64,000 nucleotides of DNA from an uncultured delta proteobacterium (lineage in GTDB: Bacteria; Desulfobacterota; Desulfomonilia; UBA1062), in NCBI GenBank assembly GCA_963798485.1, contig CAWCTR010000004.1, positions 160,001 through 224,000 on the forward strand, read 5' to 3'. This document shows positions 10,887 through 20,747 of the stretch, one piece after another. Each line of letters starts with the position of its first letter. The first letter of the stretch is position 1. The notes below the pieces were generated by a model. The model searched no databases, was not told where the DNA came from, and saw nothing but the letters and a program-made list of their open reading frames with translations. Both the position numbers and the translations under genes were made by a program.

Positions 10887-10912
10887 TGCCCCTTGTAAAA
10901 TACTCTTATTGC

Positions 10913-11101
10913 CTATCCGAGAGGAGGGAGCCCTAATTGGGCCGGGGTCCCATGGGGGTGCTTATTCCCTAGGAAGTAATGATAACAGAGTACGAATACC
11001 TTCTGATCTGCTGCGTATGCTTGGTTCGATCCTCCAGCAAGGCAGGGCGCTATCAGAATCACCAGGGCCGGAATATAGGTTAGCAATCTATGTCTGTTCA
11101 T
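10913..11101 (-). pseudogene. N-terminal fragment of an exported NodB-type polysaccharide deacetylase
   Basis: Signal peptide followed by VFVLCYH, then the frame ends after about 20 codons. Confidence 0.5.
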
Positions 11102-11164
11102 AGCTCGATCCTTAAGCATGAAGTGGGAAGCAATGCAAGAGATAGGAACTCTTGAAATCCTGAC

Positions 11165-11848
11165 ATGCCCAGTATAAGAATTGCTATTATGAAGATATCT
11201 ATGACATTGTACACCGCAATCATAACAATAATCCTTACACTCAATCTTGTTTCCTACGCTTATACCAATAAGAATCAGGTACAAGGGCCTTCGGTCCTGG
11301 TTCAGACTACAGTGAATTATCCACCTGTTTCTGAACAGATGAATGACACTGTATCCCGGGCATTAGTGGAGGACCTCCTCGTGCAAAAAGGGATCGACCG
11401 GGGAAAAATCCACAGTATGATTTATGACCCCAGGATTGTCATCAATCCCCAGTTCATTCTCAGTAGCCTCTTTTACACGACGCCCGGGGTAACGACATCT
11501 AAATCTGACTACATGTATTACAACCCAAGATTCATCCCCAAAGGAAGGGACTTCATCGATGAGAATCGTGTATTGTTCGACCGTATCAAGGAGCATTATA
11601 ATATCTCTCCAGAGATCATTACTTCGATACTCATAATAGAATCCAAGCTTGGCACCTACACCGGTGAGTATCATGCATTTCAGGTGTACACTAACCTCGC
11701 CCTTGCAAATGATCCGTATGTGCTTTCTCTTCTGAAGGTCTCTCAGGGTGCAAAATATCCCGGGTTATACGATACGGAGCTAATCAAGAAGGCGCAGGCA
11801 AAAGGAAAATGGGCACTGGAAGAGCTATATAATCTCGCATACACGTGA
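11165..11848 (+). pseudogene. Lytic murein transglycosylase B (SLT_2), C-terminally truncated
   Basis: YNISPEIITSILIIESKLG catalytic motif and WALEEL. Lacks the downstream GSxAGAxGxxQF motif and ends at a chimeric junction. Confidence 0.75.
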
Positions 11849-11933
11849 TCATCTTGACCATGCTCTGGATGCGCTTAAACAGTTCTCAACCGATATGAAA
11901 TACGAACACAGGGTAAAAGGGCAATACAGATAA
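11838..11933 (+). pseudogene. 3' end fragment of an alpha-oxoamine synthase paralogue
   Basis: 42/44 nt identical to 18412..18455; reads HTRDHLDHALDALKQ versus HTRDHLDRALDALKQ. Confidence 0.85.
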
Positions 11934-11962
11934 TTATCATATCCTCAGCACCCGTTAAACGG

Positions 11963-11991
11963 CTGGGGCGTGCAGTGTATGCACGCCCCGG
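11963..11991. terminator. GC-rich hairpin between convergent genes
   Basis: CTGGGGCGTGCA-gtgta-TGCACGCCCCGG. Confidence 0.6.
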
Positions 11992-12015
11992 TATAAGCCA
12001 AAAGGTATTTAGCTG

Positions 12016-13926
12016 TTAGTTAAGTATTACCTGAAGGGAAGAAGCTGAAAAGGTTACACTTGCGTCATTGAAAGTGCCCCACCCATTAAGGTGCTTTATC
12101 TTCGCACCAGCAGTGCACGCAGTGTTGAGGGCGTTGATGAAGTTAGCATAGGTATCGTATACAGTGGAGACTCCTCCCTGATTAATGCTGAACTTATCAG
12201 TGCTCGCACCATCAGCCTGGACTATAGGGTCTATACCAGGATAATCGAGCACAAAATCAGTTATATCATTTCCCCTGTTCACTCGATGTAATTTCCCGAC
12301 GTTGCCTATGGTGCTCCCATTCAGAATGAGGCCTGTTGATGTTGTCGGCGTACTGGTGAAAACAACACTCTCCAGTCTCCCGGCACCCCATCCTACATTC
12401 AAGAAAGCTTTCGCATCGGAAAGGTTCATGATGGTCTGAGCATCAAAGTCCTCAGGGGCAGCCCCGAATGGTGCCATAAATCCTTTCATCCTGAGTGGCA
12501 TATGATTCGTAATCAGGGCTGAGGTATCAAGGCCTGCCGCAGGTTCTATCGCATAATCCAATATCGTTGCATCATTGGAAGAATTTGTGCCTGTACCTGC
12601 AAAATTGAATGGAGTTGTTGCGTCTACTATCTTTATCCCGTCGATTCTCTGCAGGGACATGGACAACCACCCACTCGACTGTTCGGTGCTAGAGGCAGGA
12701 TAATTCAGTTTCCCCAGGATGGTGGTAATATACATACGAGCATAACCGCTCGTGGCATCCAAGGTAGTGGTGCTGGAATTATAAGTCCCCAATACCCCGA
12801 TGTGCTGTCCTACAGAGATGTCGTTTATCGTGAAGTTATTTTTTGAGAATTGCTTGCTCACCTTGGTCGTGGAGGCAAGTGTGACGGTCATCGTGGGATT
12901 AAACGTGACCGTTCCTGTTGACCTAGTCAGCGTTGCACCTTTGATGGTCAGAGTATCGCCTGAACGACTGAGCACCGTACCACTGGCAGCATCCAAAGTT
13001 CCTCCCGGCACACTCGACCCGGCAAGAACTTCTTTTGCAGTAAAGTTGAGGCTTGAATCGAAAGTACCGTGGGCAATGACCGCTGTGTATGCAGGCTTTG
13101 CTGCGAGCGCCTGGAGTCCTGCGGTTGTGTAGGTTACCCCGTCTATATTAATAGCGGTGTTGCTATCGACATTGACCGTCATGGTGCCGAACGATGTGTC
13201 ATGAGACAGGGCATTGGCAAAGGGTCGCAGGATCATAACGAACGAATTACCGCTCACGTTCACACTCTGTAGCGGCCCTCTGAAGCGTTGGATCTTGTCA
13301 GTATCGGGCTTAAGTGAGGCATTGAGAACTGGAGATACCGCCAACGAAGGTGTATCTCCTGAGAATGTCACAACATTCGTAGAGCCAAGGTTGAAATCAA
13401 GGGCCATATGCACTGGGCCACCAACAGCAACGGTAAGATTGGAGTCAAGATCGACGGTAAGATCAATGGTCGATGTTATCGCAGTCCCATTTTCATCAGT
13501 AATGTTCGCAACGGGTATCGGTATTACATTCCCATTGTTATCATATACTTCGATATCGGCATTGGAATAATCAAGCGTCATGATGACCTTGTCATACGTT
13601 CCGACTCCAACCGTTCCGGATGTCAGGAATTCGGTCATGTTGGTCAATTGAGCGAAGTCGACCATCGTTGTCCCGGTAGTGGGAAGTGCATCGACAAATG
13701 TTCCGTCTTTCTTATAAAGTTTAATGGCTGTTACATTAACCGCATACCGGACGAAATCACCTGGTGCATCCGTAAGACCGATCAGCGCCTGGGCAGAGCT
13801 TGAAGAGCTACTTCCGTCTGAGTTCGATCCTCCTCCTCCACCTCCGCACCCCTGGATGATAAAGATCAGGGATAAAAGCAGGATAAAACTAATTCCCTTC
13901 CTTGCTGTAGATAATCCCTCTTTCAT
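12016..13926 (-). CDS. Large surface lipoprotein, DUF4382-like N-terminal domain
   Basis: Lipobox IQGC, Gly/Ser linker, IGLTDAPGDF and LDFNL motifs; Thr/Gly-rich beta repeats; RBS AGGAGG. Confidence 0.75.
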   Translation of the reverse strand: MKEGLSTARKGISFILLLSLIFIIQGCGGGGGGSNSDGSSSSSSAQALIGLTDAPGDFVRYAVNVTAIKLYKKDGTFVDALPTTGTTMVDFAQLTNMTEFLTSGTVGVGTYDKVIMTLDYSNADIEVYDNNGNVIPIPVANITDENGTAITSTIDLTVDLDSNLTVAVGGPVHMALDFNLGSTNVVTFSGDTPSLAVSPVLNASLKPDTDKIQRFRGPLQSVNVSGNSFVMILRPFANALSHDTSFGTMTVNVDSNTAINIDGVTYTTAGLQALAAKPAYTAVIAHGTFDSSLNFTAKEVLAGSSVPGGTLDAASGTVLSRSGDTLTIKGATLTRSTGTVTFNPTMTVTLASTTKVSKQFSKNNFTINDISVGQHIGVLGTYNSSTTTLDATSGYARMYITTILGKLNYPASSTEQSSGWLSMSLQRIDGIKIVDATTPFNFAGTGTNSSNDATILDYAIEPAAGLDTSALITNHMPLRMKGFMAPFGAAPEDFDAQTIMNLSDAKAFLNVGWGAGRLESVVFTSTPTTSTGLILNGSTIGNVGKLHRVNRGNDITDFVLDYPGIDPIVQADGASTDKFSINQGGVSTVYDTYANFINALNTACTAGAKIKHLNGWGTFNDASVTFSASSLQVILN

Positions 13927-14168
13927 ACAGATATCCTCCTACTGGTAACTATTTATATTTCTTTTCGTTATGGTTATTTATTAATTGTTCTCTTATCGGT
14001 TAACCCACAGGGCTGCTTAAGCCTAATTACTATTAAGAATTGTTAAGAATTAATTTGCCCTGATTGGATCCATATATGCCCTTGAAAACTGTAATATTGC
14101 GTAAGACGTCTGATGCATGGAATTTGTTTACAGAGACTCTGAATGATGTGAATTCCATTTATCACAAT

Positions 14169-14609
14169 TCATTTAGTCTTGACTCCATTAGTGAATTTAT
14201 TAGCCAACCTCAAGAAATGAAATTTTTCCACATTACTTATGACCACATAGATTCGTATATTATTGCTGTTAGGATCTACAGGTATTAAGAAAAATCCGGG
14301 ACGCTGCGGGTCATAGCCTAACGCAGAGCCTTGAAGCACTTCCCCATCCTTGAAAGTAACTTCTACCCTGCGGCCTTGAGAATGATCACCCTCATTAAAC
14401 AATTTCCGCTCGCTGTATTCCTTATTACCTTCAAGAGTCTTCACAAAGAACAAAGCCTTGAGGTCTACCGTCTTTACCAGAATTGGTTTAGTGCCGGGTG
14501 TCATATCGTTAAGGAGATGGAAATAAGGGTTGGATGGATTGAAATCCTGTACATAGCCTTTGAGAAAAGTGCCATCTATGAAGTGCGCAACGACCTTGAT
14601 CGGCTCCAA
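14169..14609 (-). CDS. DUF6982-like hypothetical protein
   Basis: Two internal repeats: KVVAHFIDGTFLKGY...LKALFFVK and VEVTFKDGEVLQG...GFFLIPVD..SNNIR. Confidence 0.7.
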   Translation of the reverse strand: MEPIKVVAHFIDGTFLKGYVQDFNPSNPYFHLLNDMTPGTKPILVKTVDLKALFFVKTLEGNKEYSERKLFNEGDHSQGRRVEVTFKDGEVLQGSALGYDPQRPGFFLIPVDPNSNNIRIYVVISNVEKFHFLRLANKFTNGVKTK

Positions 14610-14734
14610 CTTTCCCCGGCAGATTATTTTAAACTATACGACGTTTGAAGCACAGCATTTGTTTACAGAGAGGTGGCCCCGGTTGTTTGGACAGGGGATG
14701 GCGTTTTATAAGTGAAGCCTTGCCGCTATTCCCA

Positions 14735-15565
14735 TTAAGCCGCATCGGGCATCTCCTCCCGACAACCAAAATAGACCTCATCCGGTGTTGATCTGTCAAG
14801 CTTCGAGTGTGGCCGTTGATGATTGTAAAAAGTTAGATAGCGTTCCAGCCCGCTTCTGGCTTCACTGACGCTATCATAGGCGTGCAGATAGACCTCCTCA
14901 TATTTGATGCTTTTCCAGAGCCTCTCTACAAATACATTGTCACGCCAGCATCCTCTCCCGTCCACGCTGATGGCAATTCCTTTTCCCTTCAAAAGCGCTG
15001 TAAACTCCATGCCGGTGAACTGGCTGCCCTGGTCGGTATTGAAGATGTCCGGTGTCCCATATAGATCTAGGGCTTCTTGAACCGCCTCGATACAAAAATC
15101 TGTGCTCAGGGTGTTTGACAACCGCCATGAGAGTACCCGCCGTGTTGCCCAGTCCATCACCACGAAGAGATAGACAAAACCTCGCTTCATCGGAATATAG
15201 GTGATGTCTGCTGCCCAGACATGGTTAGGTCTCTCGATCTTCAAATTTCTAAGCAGATAGGGGTAGACCTGATGACTTGGGTGACGCCTGCTGGTATTGG
15301 GCTTGCGGTAGATGGCACCAATCCGCATGCGTCTCATCAGGGTGCTCACATGTCGGCGACCGATCAGATGTCCTTCGCGTCTGAGCAGATCCCTAAGCAT
15401 TCGGGCTCCGGCAAAAGGATAATCAAGATGCAACTTATCTATCCGACGCATCAGCTCAAGATCGGCTGGCAATACCGGTCGTGGCCGGTAATATACGCTC
15501 GAACGCGAAAGCTTCAAGGTGCGGCACTGCCTCGTTATAGGCAGTTTGCGGCTGGGGTTTATCAT
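14735..15565 (-). CDS. IS3 transposase OrfB (DDE)
   Basis: WAADITYI, NTDQGSQF and DNVFVERLWKSIKYE motifs. Confidence 0.95.
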   Translation of the reverse strand: MINPSRKLPITRQCRTLKLSRSSVYYRPRPVLPADLELMRRIDKLHLDYPFAGARMLRDLLRREGHLIGRRHVSTLMRRMRIGAIYRKPNTSRRHPSHQVYPYLLRNLKIERPNHVWAADITYIPMKRGFVYLFVVMDWATRRVLSWRLSNTLSTDFCIEAVQEALDLYGTPDIFNTDQGSQFTGMEFTALLKGKGIAISVDGRGCWRDNVFVERLWKSIKYEEVYLHAYDSVSEARSGLERYLTFYNHQRPHSKLDRSTPDEVYFGCREEMPDAA

Positions 15566-15858
15566 TTCCTTGCGCTCAGTCGACCCACTTTGATGAGCGC
15601 CTGTTCTAAAAAATCGTTCTCCAGGGTCAGCTCACCGATCTTGGCATGCATCTCCTTCAGGTCCGGCTCCTTGCCCTTCCTGGGGCCGTCAAAGACTGTA
15701 GCGGCACCATCCAACATCTGCTGCTTCCAGTCCGATATCTGGTTGGGGTGTACATCGAACTGCTCAGCTATCTCTGCGAGAGTTCTATCACCCTTGATTG
15801 CTGATAATGCCACTTTCGCCTTAAAACTTGCCGAGTGATTCCGTCTTGTCCTTCTCAT
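15562..15858 (-). CDS. IS3 transposase OrfA
   Basis: RRNHSASFKAKVAL HTH; LHAKIGELTLENDFL-type zipper with T TTT TTA slippery site. Confidence 0.93.
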   Translation of the reverse strand: MRRTRRNHSASFKAKVALSAIKGDRTLAEIAEQFDVHPNQISDWKQQMLDGAATVFDGPRKGKEPDLKEMHAKIGELTLENDFLEQALIKVGRLSARK

Positions 15859-16125
15859 ACTCTTGCTCCTTTCTTTGACCGTATTCCATCGGTCTCTTTA
15901 GAGCAAGGTTTTCACTTATAGACCTGTCCGAATTTCCGGAGCCACTTCTCAGGGAGGATAATATAATCCTACTCTTGGTGAAATCTCTGAACTTAGGATA
16001 AAACGATTTTTCTATTTGTTTAAGTGCACTAGCTGATTATCCGAGGTTCTCGAAAGAGATCTATACAGAGGCAGGTCTATTTAAGATCTTGCAACATAGT
16101 ATATAGCATTTGAAAAAGCCTTCAA

Positions 16126-16221
16126 CAAAACTATAGAGTTCATGCCAGGTGTCACACTCTGATTACATGTGATTGGTTTCGAATGTTTCAACTCCAGATC
16201 TTCAGTATCTTCAGTTTCCAA
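16126..16221 (-). repeat. Dispersed intergenic repeat family A, copy
   Basis: Reverse complement matches 21933..22028 at 72/96 ungapped positions. Confidence 0.85.
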
Positions 16222-16566
16222 GCATCATAAAACCGATATGAAATCGAAGAGAATCTATAATGTTTGAAAAATCTTTACAGACCACATTTTTTCTTTTCAT
16301 ATACTTATGAACTACATAACCACGAAATATGACCTGGAGCTAAATCCCTTCACATGTCTTTCATCATTGTGCTCTAAAGTAAATTTATGGAAAATCTATA
16401 CGATCAATAATGGATAACACTTGACGGGAAGTGCTGCTGCACCGTACCATCAACTCAATATTCCTTGTGGGTTTGCTTGTTTTGCTGACAAAACAACCTT
16501 ACCCTCCAAGAGGATTTTCACAAAGATTTTCGGTTCATGCTATTTTAAACAAGTGTAGATGGACAT

Positions 16567-17046
16567 ATGAATTTAAGCGAGACTATTAAACTGCTTATCA
16601 ATATCACGACAATGATAACGATAGCTATTGTTATCATTATAAGCTTTTATTTATTTAGGAGGCGGAAAGTCCTAAATGAAAAAGCTGGAGTATCCGTAAA
16701 GACATACTTATGGATAGTAGGAATCGTAGAAGTGATTTATGACGTGGGTATTATTTTAATTCTCTATGCCATGGGAGTGAATGTGCTTCAACATCTTAAA
16801 CATCTTGAGTTTGGTAAGTTTTTTAGTGCCATTGATTCTGTTGATATTTCAAAGATGAAGTATGTTGGCACAATCGGATGGATTGGTTTTTCCATGAATT
16901 GCGCAGTTACATACATTGCTCCTGTTTATCTTTTGATAAAGGGAGGCAAAAAACTCCCCCCATTAATTTATAGTGCTGCTTGGACAGAAATAGGGCTAGA
17001 GACAGTTGTACGGACTCTGGTCTTTATATCTCTTTTCTTGGGATGA
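16567..17046 (+). CDS. Hypothetical membrane protein
   Basis: 159 aa ORF with about four hydrophobic segments. Confidence 0.65.
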   Translation: MNLSETIKLLINITTMITIAIVIIISFYLFRRRKVLNEKAGVSVKTYLWIVGIVEVIYDVGIILILYAMGVNVLQHLKHLEFGKFFSAIDSVDISKMKYVGTIGWIGFSMNCAVTYIAPVYLLIKGGKKLPPLIYSAAWTEIGLETVVRTLVFISLFLG

Positions 17047-17268
17047 ACTAATAATACTAAAACGCTATTCGATGCAATAAATGAAACATCTATGAGGAAT
17101 TGAACAAGAAATGATTATTTGTTAATGCTGTTTACAACTTGAGTCATCCTAGTATAATGAAAATCAAACTCATATCTTTTTGCTGCGAGTCATCGATTAA
17201 TCGGCGGCACAAGTGTATGAAACTTAAGAAGAGGAAAAAATTGTTATATTAATAAATTAGGTGGTTTC

Positions 17269-18513
17269 ATGCAGGAATATAAAGAAATTTACAAATGGTT
17301 TTCTCCTCTTAAAGAGATACTACATACCATCCCCTGTGCCAGTAGCCTTCCATCGCCAACCTTTGTTATTGATGGAAGAGAATATATTTCATTTAGCTCT
17401 AATAACTACCTAGGGCTGGCTTCACACCCACGCATGATAAACAAAGCCAGGGAAGGCCTTGAGAAATATGGCATCGCAAATTGTGAATCAAGACTGCTTG
17501 GCGGCGACATGGATTTATATTTGAACCTGGAGGCAAAGATCGCCCAGCTCAAGCATAAAGAATCGGCAATGCTCTTTGCTACAGGATACCTCACGAATCT
17601 AGGTGTCCTCTCTGCTCTAGTAAACTCAGGAAAGATGGCTCGCTTTTTCGGCCATACCCCCTCAAAGATCTATAGATATACCTATTTCACGGACCAATAT
17701 AATCATGTGAGTATTCGTGAGGGCATCGCATTGTCTGGTATACACAGTGTCAGATACAGGCATTGTGACATGAATGATTTGGAACAGAAGCTCAAAACCT
17801 ATAACGATAATATACCGATTATTGTGAGCGACGGCGTTTTCAGTATGGATGGAGATATAATTCCTCTGCCGGATATGCTTCAACTAGCAGAACGTTACGG
17901 AGGCATGATCTATATCGATGATGCACATGGAACTGGTATTCTTGGAAAAACCGGTGCTGGCACAACGGAACACTTTGATATTGACAGTCCATGCATAATA
18001 TCCATGGGCACTCTGAGTAAGGCATATGGCGCAATAGGGGGCTTTATTGCTGCTGATTCCTGTATTACGGAGTGCTTGCGATTTTCCTGCAAATCATATG
18101 GGTTCACTTCCACCCTTCCGCCGGATCAGGCATATGCTGTATCCGAGGCTATTGATATTGTACATGATGAGCCGGGGTTGCGACAACAGATCTGGGAAAA
18201 TCAACGCTATTTTGTGGCTGGTGTAGAATCGCGAGGTTACAGTGTTATGAGCAAGGAGTGCTGCATAATTCCGGTGGAGATTGGTGATGAGATGCAGTGT
18301 GAGTCGATGGCCCGAATATTAGGAAATGACTATGGTATACATGTTGATTCTATAGTGTTCCCCGCAGTTCCACAAAAACAGGCCAGGTTACGCTTTAGTA
18401 TGAACGCCAAACATACACGTGATCATCTTGACCGTGCTCTAGATGCGCTTAAACAATGCTCGGCTAATATAAATTTCGAAAATAAGCAGAGATTAGTCAT
18501 GGATAATTGTTAG
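17269..18513 (+). CDS. PLP-dependent alpha-oxoamine synthase (BioF/KBL/SPT family)
   Basis: SSNNYLGL, FATGYLTN, NHVSI, DGVFSMDGD, DDAHG and GTLSKAYG (PLP Lys) motifs. Confidence 0.92.
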   Translation: MQEYKEIYKWFSPLKEILHTIPCASSLPSPTFVIDGREYISFSSNNYLGLASHPRMINKAREGLEKYGIANCESRLLGGDMDLYLNLEAKIAQLKHKESAMLFATGYLTNLGVLSALVNSGKMARFFGHTPSKIYRYTYFTDQYNHVSIREGIALSGIHSVRYRHCDMNDLEQKLKTYNDNIPIIVSDGVFSMDGDIIPLPDMLQLAERYGGMIYIDDAHGTGILGKTGAGTTEHFDIDSPCIISMGTLSKAYGAIGGFIAADSCITECLRFSCKSYGFTSTLPPDQAYAVSEAIDIVHDEPGLRQQIWENQRYFVAGVESRGYSVMSKECCIIPVEIGDEMQCESMARILGNDYGIHVDSIVFPAVPQKQARLRFSMNAKHTRDHLDRALDALKQCSANINFENKQRLVMDNC

Positions 18514-18638
18514 TTCTTAGTCTTCGCATCGTCCATGATAGCTTCATGTTCCTTATTAAAGTATAACTTACCTTATTCTTTTTTTGAGGATATTGAATGG
18601 TCACCCGATAACTATATCCTCAAAATGGAGAACTCTGC

Positions 18639-19619
18639 ATGAAATGTTTAGTTACCGGTGCAACCGGCTTTCTAGGTACCAACCTTGTTCATGAACTCAC
18701 AAAAAAAGGATGGGACTCACGGGCGTTACGTCGGCAAGGATCAGAGATAAAATATCTCAAGGAGCTGCCTGTTGAGATAGTTTTCGGTGATGTTACAAGC
18801 CAGGATGATATGGATAAGGCAGTTCAGGGAATGGATGTTGTCTTCCATGTTGCGGGTGATACATCCTGGTGGAAGAAGAACTTTGACAGGCAGAGAAGAA
18901 CTAATGTCGATGGTCCTACGAATGTTGCCCGATCCTGCCTTAAACATGGCGTGAAGAGGCTTATCCACACAAGCACATGTGATACCCTTGGATACAACCC
19001 TTACGGAGTAGCTGATGAGACCTGGGGCCATTACAATTTTCAGGGAATGAACTATAACTATGGTGACACAAAGCGTGAAGGCGAGAACAGGGTGCGTGGA
19101 TTCATAGATAAGGGCCTTGAGTTGATTGTGATCCATCCGGGAGGCATGATAGGGCCATATGATTTCACTCTTCAGTACGGCAGGCTTTTTTTTGATCTCA
19201 GGGATGGAAAGCTTCCCGGCTGTCCTATCGGGGGTGATTCTGTTAATCATGTGTGTGAAGTGGCAAAGGCACATATAGCTGCTGCGGAGAAGGGAAAGCC
19301 CGGAGAAAGTTATATCTGCGCAGGGGTAAACCTTACCCATAGAGAGCTCTTCCAGGCTTTTGCTGAAAAAGTTGGCAAATCCGCTCCTATGCTGAACATC
19401 CCTCGATGGGCGACAGTTGCTTATGGTTATATCATGGAATTTATATCAAACATTACCAATAAACCCCCTGAAATCAACCCTGGTATGGCACGTTATATGT
19501 CGGTCTATTCTTACTACGATTCATCCAAGGCCATCAGGGAGTTGGATTATAAAATCGTTCCCCTCTCAGGGATGATCGATGATGCCTATAATTGGTATAA
19601 GGAGAATGGTTACTTGTAA
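18639..19619 (+). CDS. NAD-dependent epimerase/dehydratase (extended SDR, HpnA/DFR-like)
   Basis: VTGATGFLG, FHVAG, YGDTK (YxxxK) and GESYI motifs. Confidence 0.9.
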   Translation: MKCLVTGATGFLGTNLVHELTKKGWDSRALRRQGSEIKYLKELPVEIVFGDVTSQDDMDKAVQGMDVVFHVAGDTSWWKKNFDRQRRTNVDGPTNVARSCLKHGVKRLIHTSTCDTLGYNPYGVADETWGHYNFQGMNYNYGDTKREGENRVRGFIDKGLELIVIHPGGMIGPYDFTLQYGRLFFDLRDGKLPGCPIGGDSVNHVCEVAKAHIAAAEKGKPGESYICAGVNLTHRELFQAFAEKVGKSAPMLNIPRWATVAYGYIMEFISNITNKPPEINPGMARYMSVYSYYDSSKAIRELDYKIVPLSGMIDDAYNWYKENGYL

Positions 19620-19624
19620 TAGTG

Positions 19625-20539
19625 TTAGGACCCTATATCGAAGTCACAGCCTAAGCCCAGGATGAGGTAGATTTGCCCTTTGGTGTCAGCATCCTGAAGG
19701 TAATACCCAACTCTTATTTCCACTCTCGGCCTATCAAACCCCCAGATAGATCTGAAGGGTACCCAATAAAGTTGTCCACCTATTTTCTGCTGGGTAATCC
19801 TGGCATCAATTGCTCGTTCAACTTCATAATATGGTCCCATGAGCAGGGTCTCTTCATGTAATCCTTTCCAAGATTCGTACATCACCTGTGTAATGTTGGT
19901 TATCAGCCAATCATCGTTTTTCAAGAGGGTGTGATTATCGAGTTCCAGGAAAAAGGGACCTCGGCCAGAAAAGTTATAATGAGCAAAATCCGTCTGGCTC
20001 TGCAGTAAAATTGGACCAATTTTGCCCTGAAGTGTAGGTTGAAACATAAACCGTTGACCATTGGCGACTTCTTCATCATGACGATTTTTTATGGCACGTT
20101 CACTTATCGAAGCATTAGCGGAGTTGAAGGAAAGCAGGCCTTGGTTTACCCCATAATAATGATAGTAATCATATTGTACACGAAGCGGCAGAATAATCCA
20201 GGGCATCCATTCGAAATGTACAGTTGCATTCCCATATGCAGGTGATAAGCCTAGGCCCAAACCAGTCTGCCAGTAAGAACTTTCTGCACCAATATTTTCA
20301 TCATACCTGTAAACATCATGATAATTTATACCACCATAAAGGCCGATACCAAGGGGATTCCGAATACTGATCAGATCTCCATAGAGAAGAAAATGACCGC
20401 CAGTTCTTTCTTCAGCGAGGGCTTTATCTGTCTGCTGTGTTGAAGATCGATCTTGGGCTGGTGCAACAGTAATATTGACAAACAGGATAAATAAACTAAG
20501 AATAAGTACAGCAGGATATAATAATCGATTTTTTTCCAC
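19625..20539 (-). CDS. Exported hypothetical protein, probable outer-membrane beta-barrel
   Basis: Signal peptide, aromatic-rich alternating strands, C-terminal LGLGCDFDI. Confidence 0.6.
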   Translation of the reverse strand: MEKNRLLYPAVLILSLFILFVNITVAPAQDRSSTQQTDKALAEERTGGHFLLYGDLISIRNPLGIGLYGGINYHDVYRYDENIGAESSYWQTGLGLGLSPAYGNATVHFEWMPWIILPLRVQYDYYHYYGVNQGLLSFNSANASISERAIKNRHDEEVANGQRFMFQPTLQGKIGPILLQSQTDFAHYNFSGRGPFFLELDNHTLLKNDDWLITNITQVMYESWKGLHEETLLMGPYYEVERAIDARITQQKIGGQLYWVPFRSIWGFDRPRVEIRVGYYLQDADTKGQIYLILGLGCDFDIGS

Positions 20540-20747
20540 TTGCTAATCTCTTATCCCACCATCTTATGATAAATCTAATTTTATTAACATATTAATCTCG
20601 TTTGGGGTTAATTCCCCTTAGCTTGCTACGAAAGGCCGATTCCATATAGAGGCTTTTGATTGTTCAAAAGGATCTATAAAATTGCTTTAACCCTTTTATG
20701 TTCACTGTTCCATTTATGAAAAATCTTATTCCTTGAGGTAATTTCTA

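Larger units (their letters stand above)
14667..15951 (-). mobile_element. IS3 family insertion sequence
   Basis: Imperfect terminal IRs (A)GAGAGGTGGCCCCGG...GGACAGG and TGAGAAGTGGCTCCGG...GGACAGG; orfA/orfB in -1 phase; no target duplication seen. Confidence 0.92.

Noticed and set aside
16126-16221. Repeat family A as a small protein-coding gene family
   Set aside because: The aligned frame in the 21.9-kb copy has two stops and no start or RBS is shared.
17269-18513. bioF assignment
   Set aside because: Family is clear but no biotin genes are adjacent, and substrate specificity cannot be read from the motifs.
18582-18625. Inverted repeat TTTTGAGGATA...TATCCTCAAAA before the SDR gene as a riboswitch
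   Set aside because: Single AT-rich hairpin with no recognisable aptamer; could be an operator, but unsupported.
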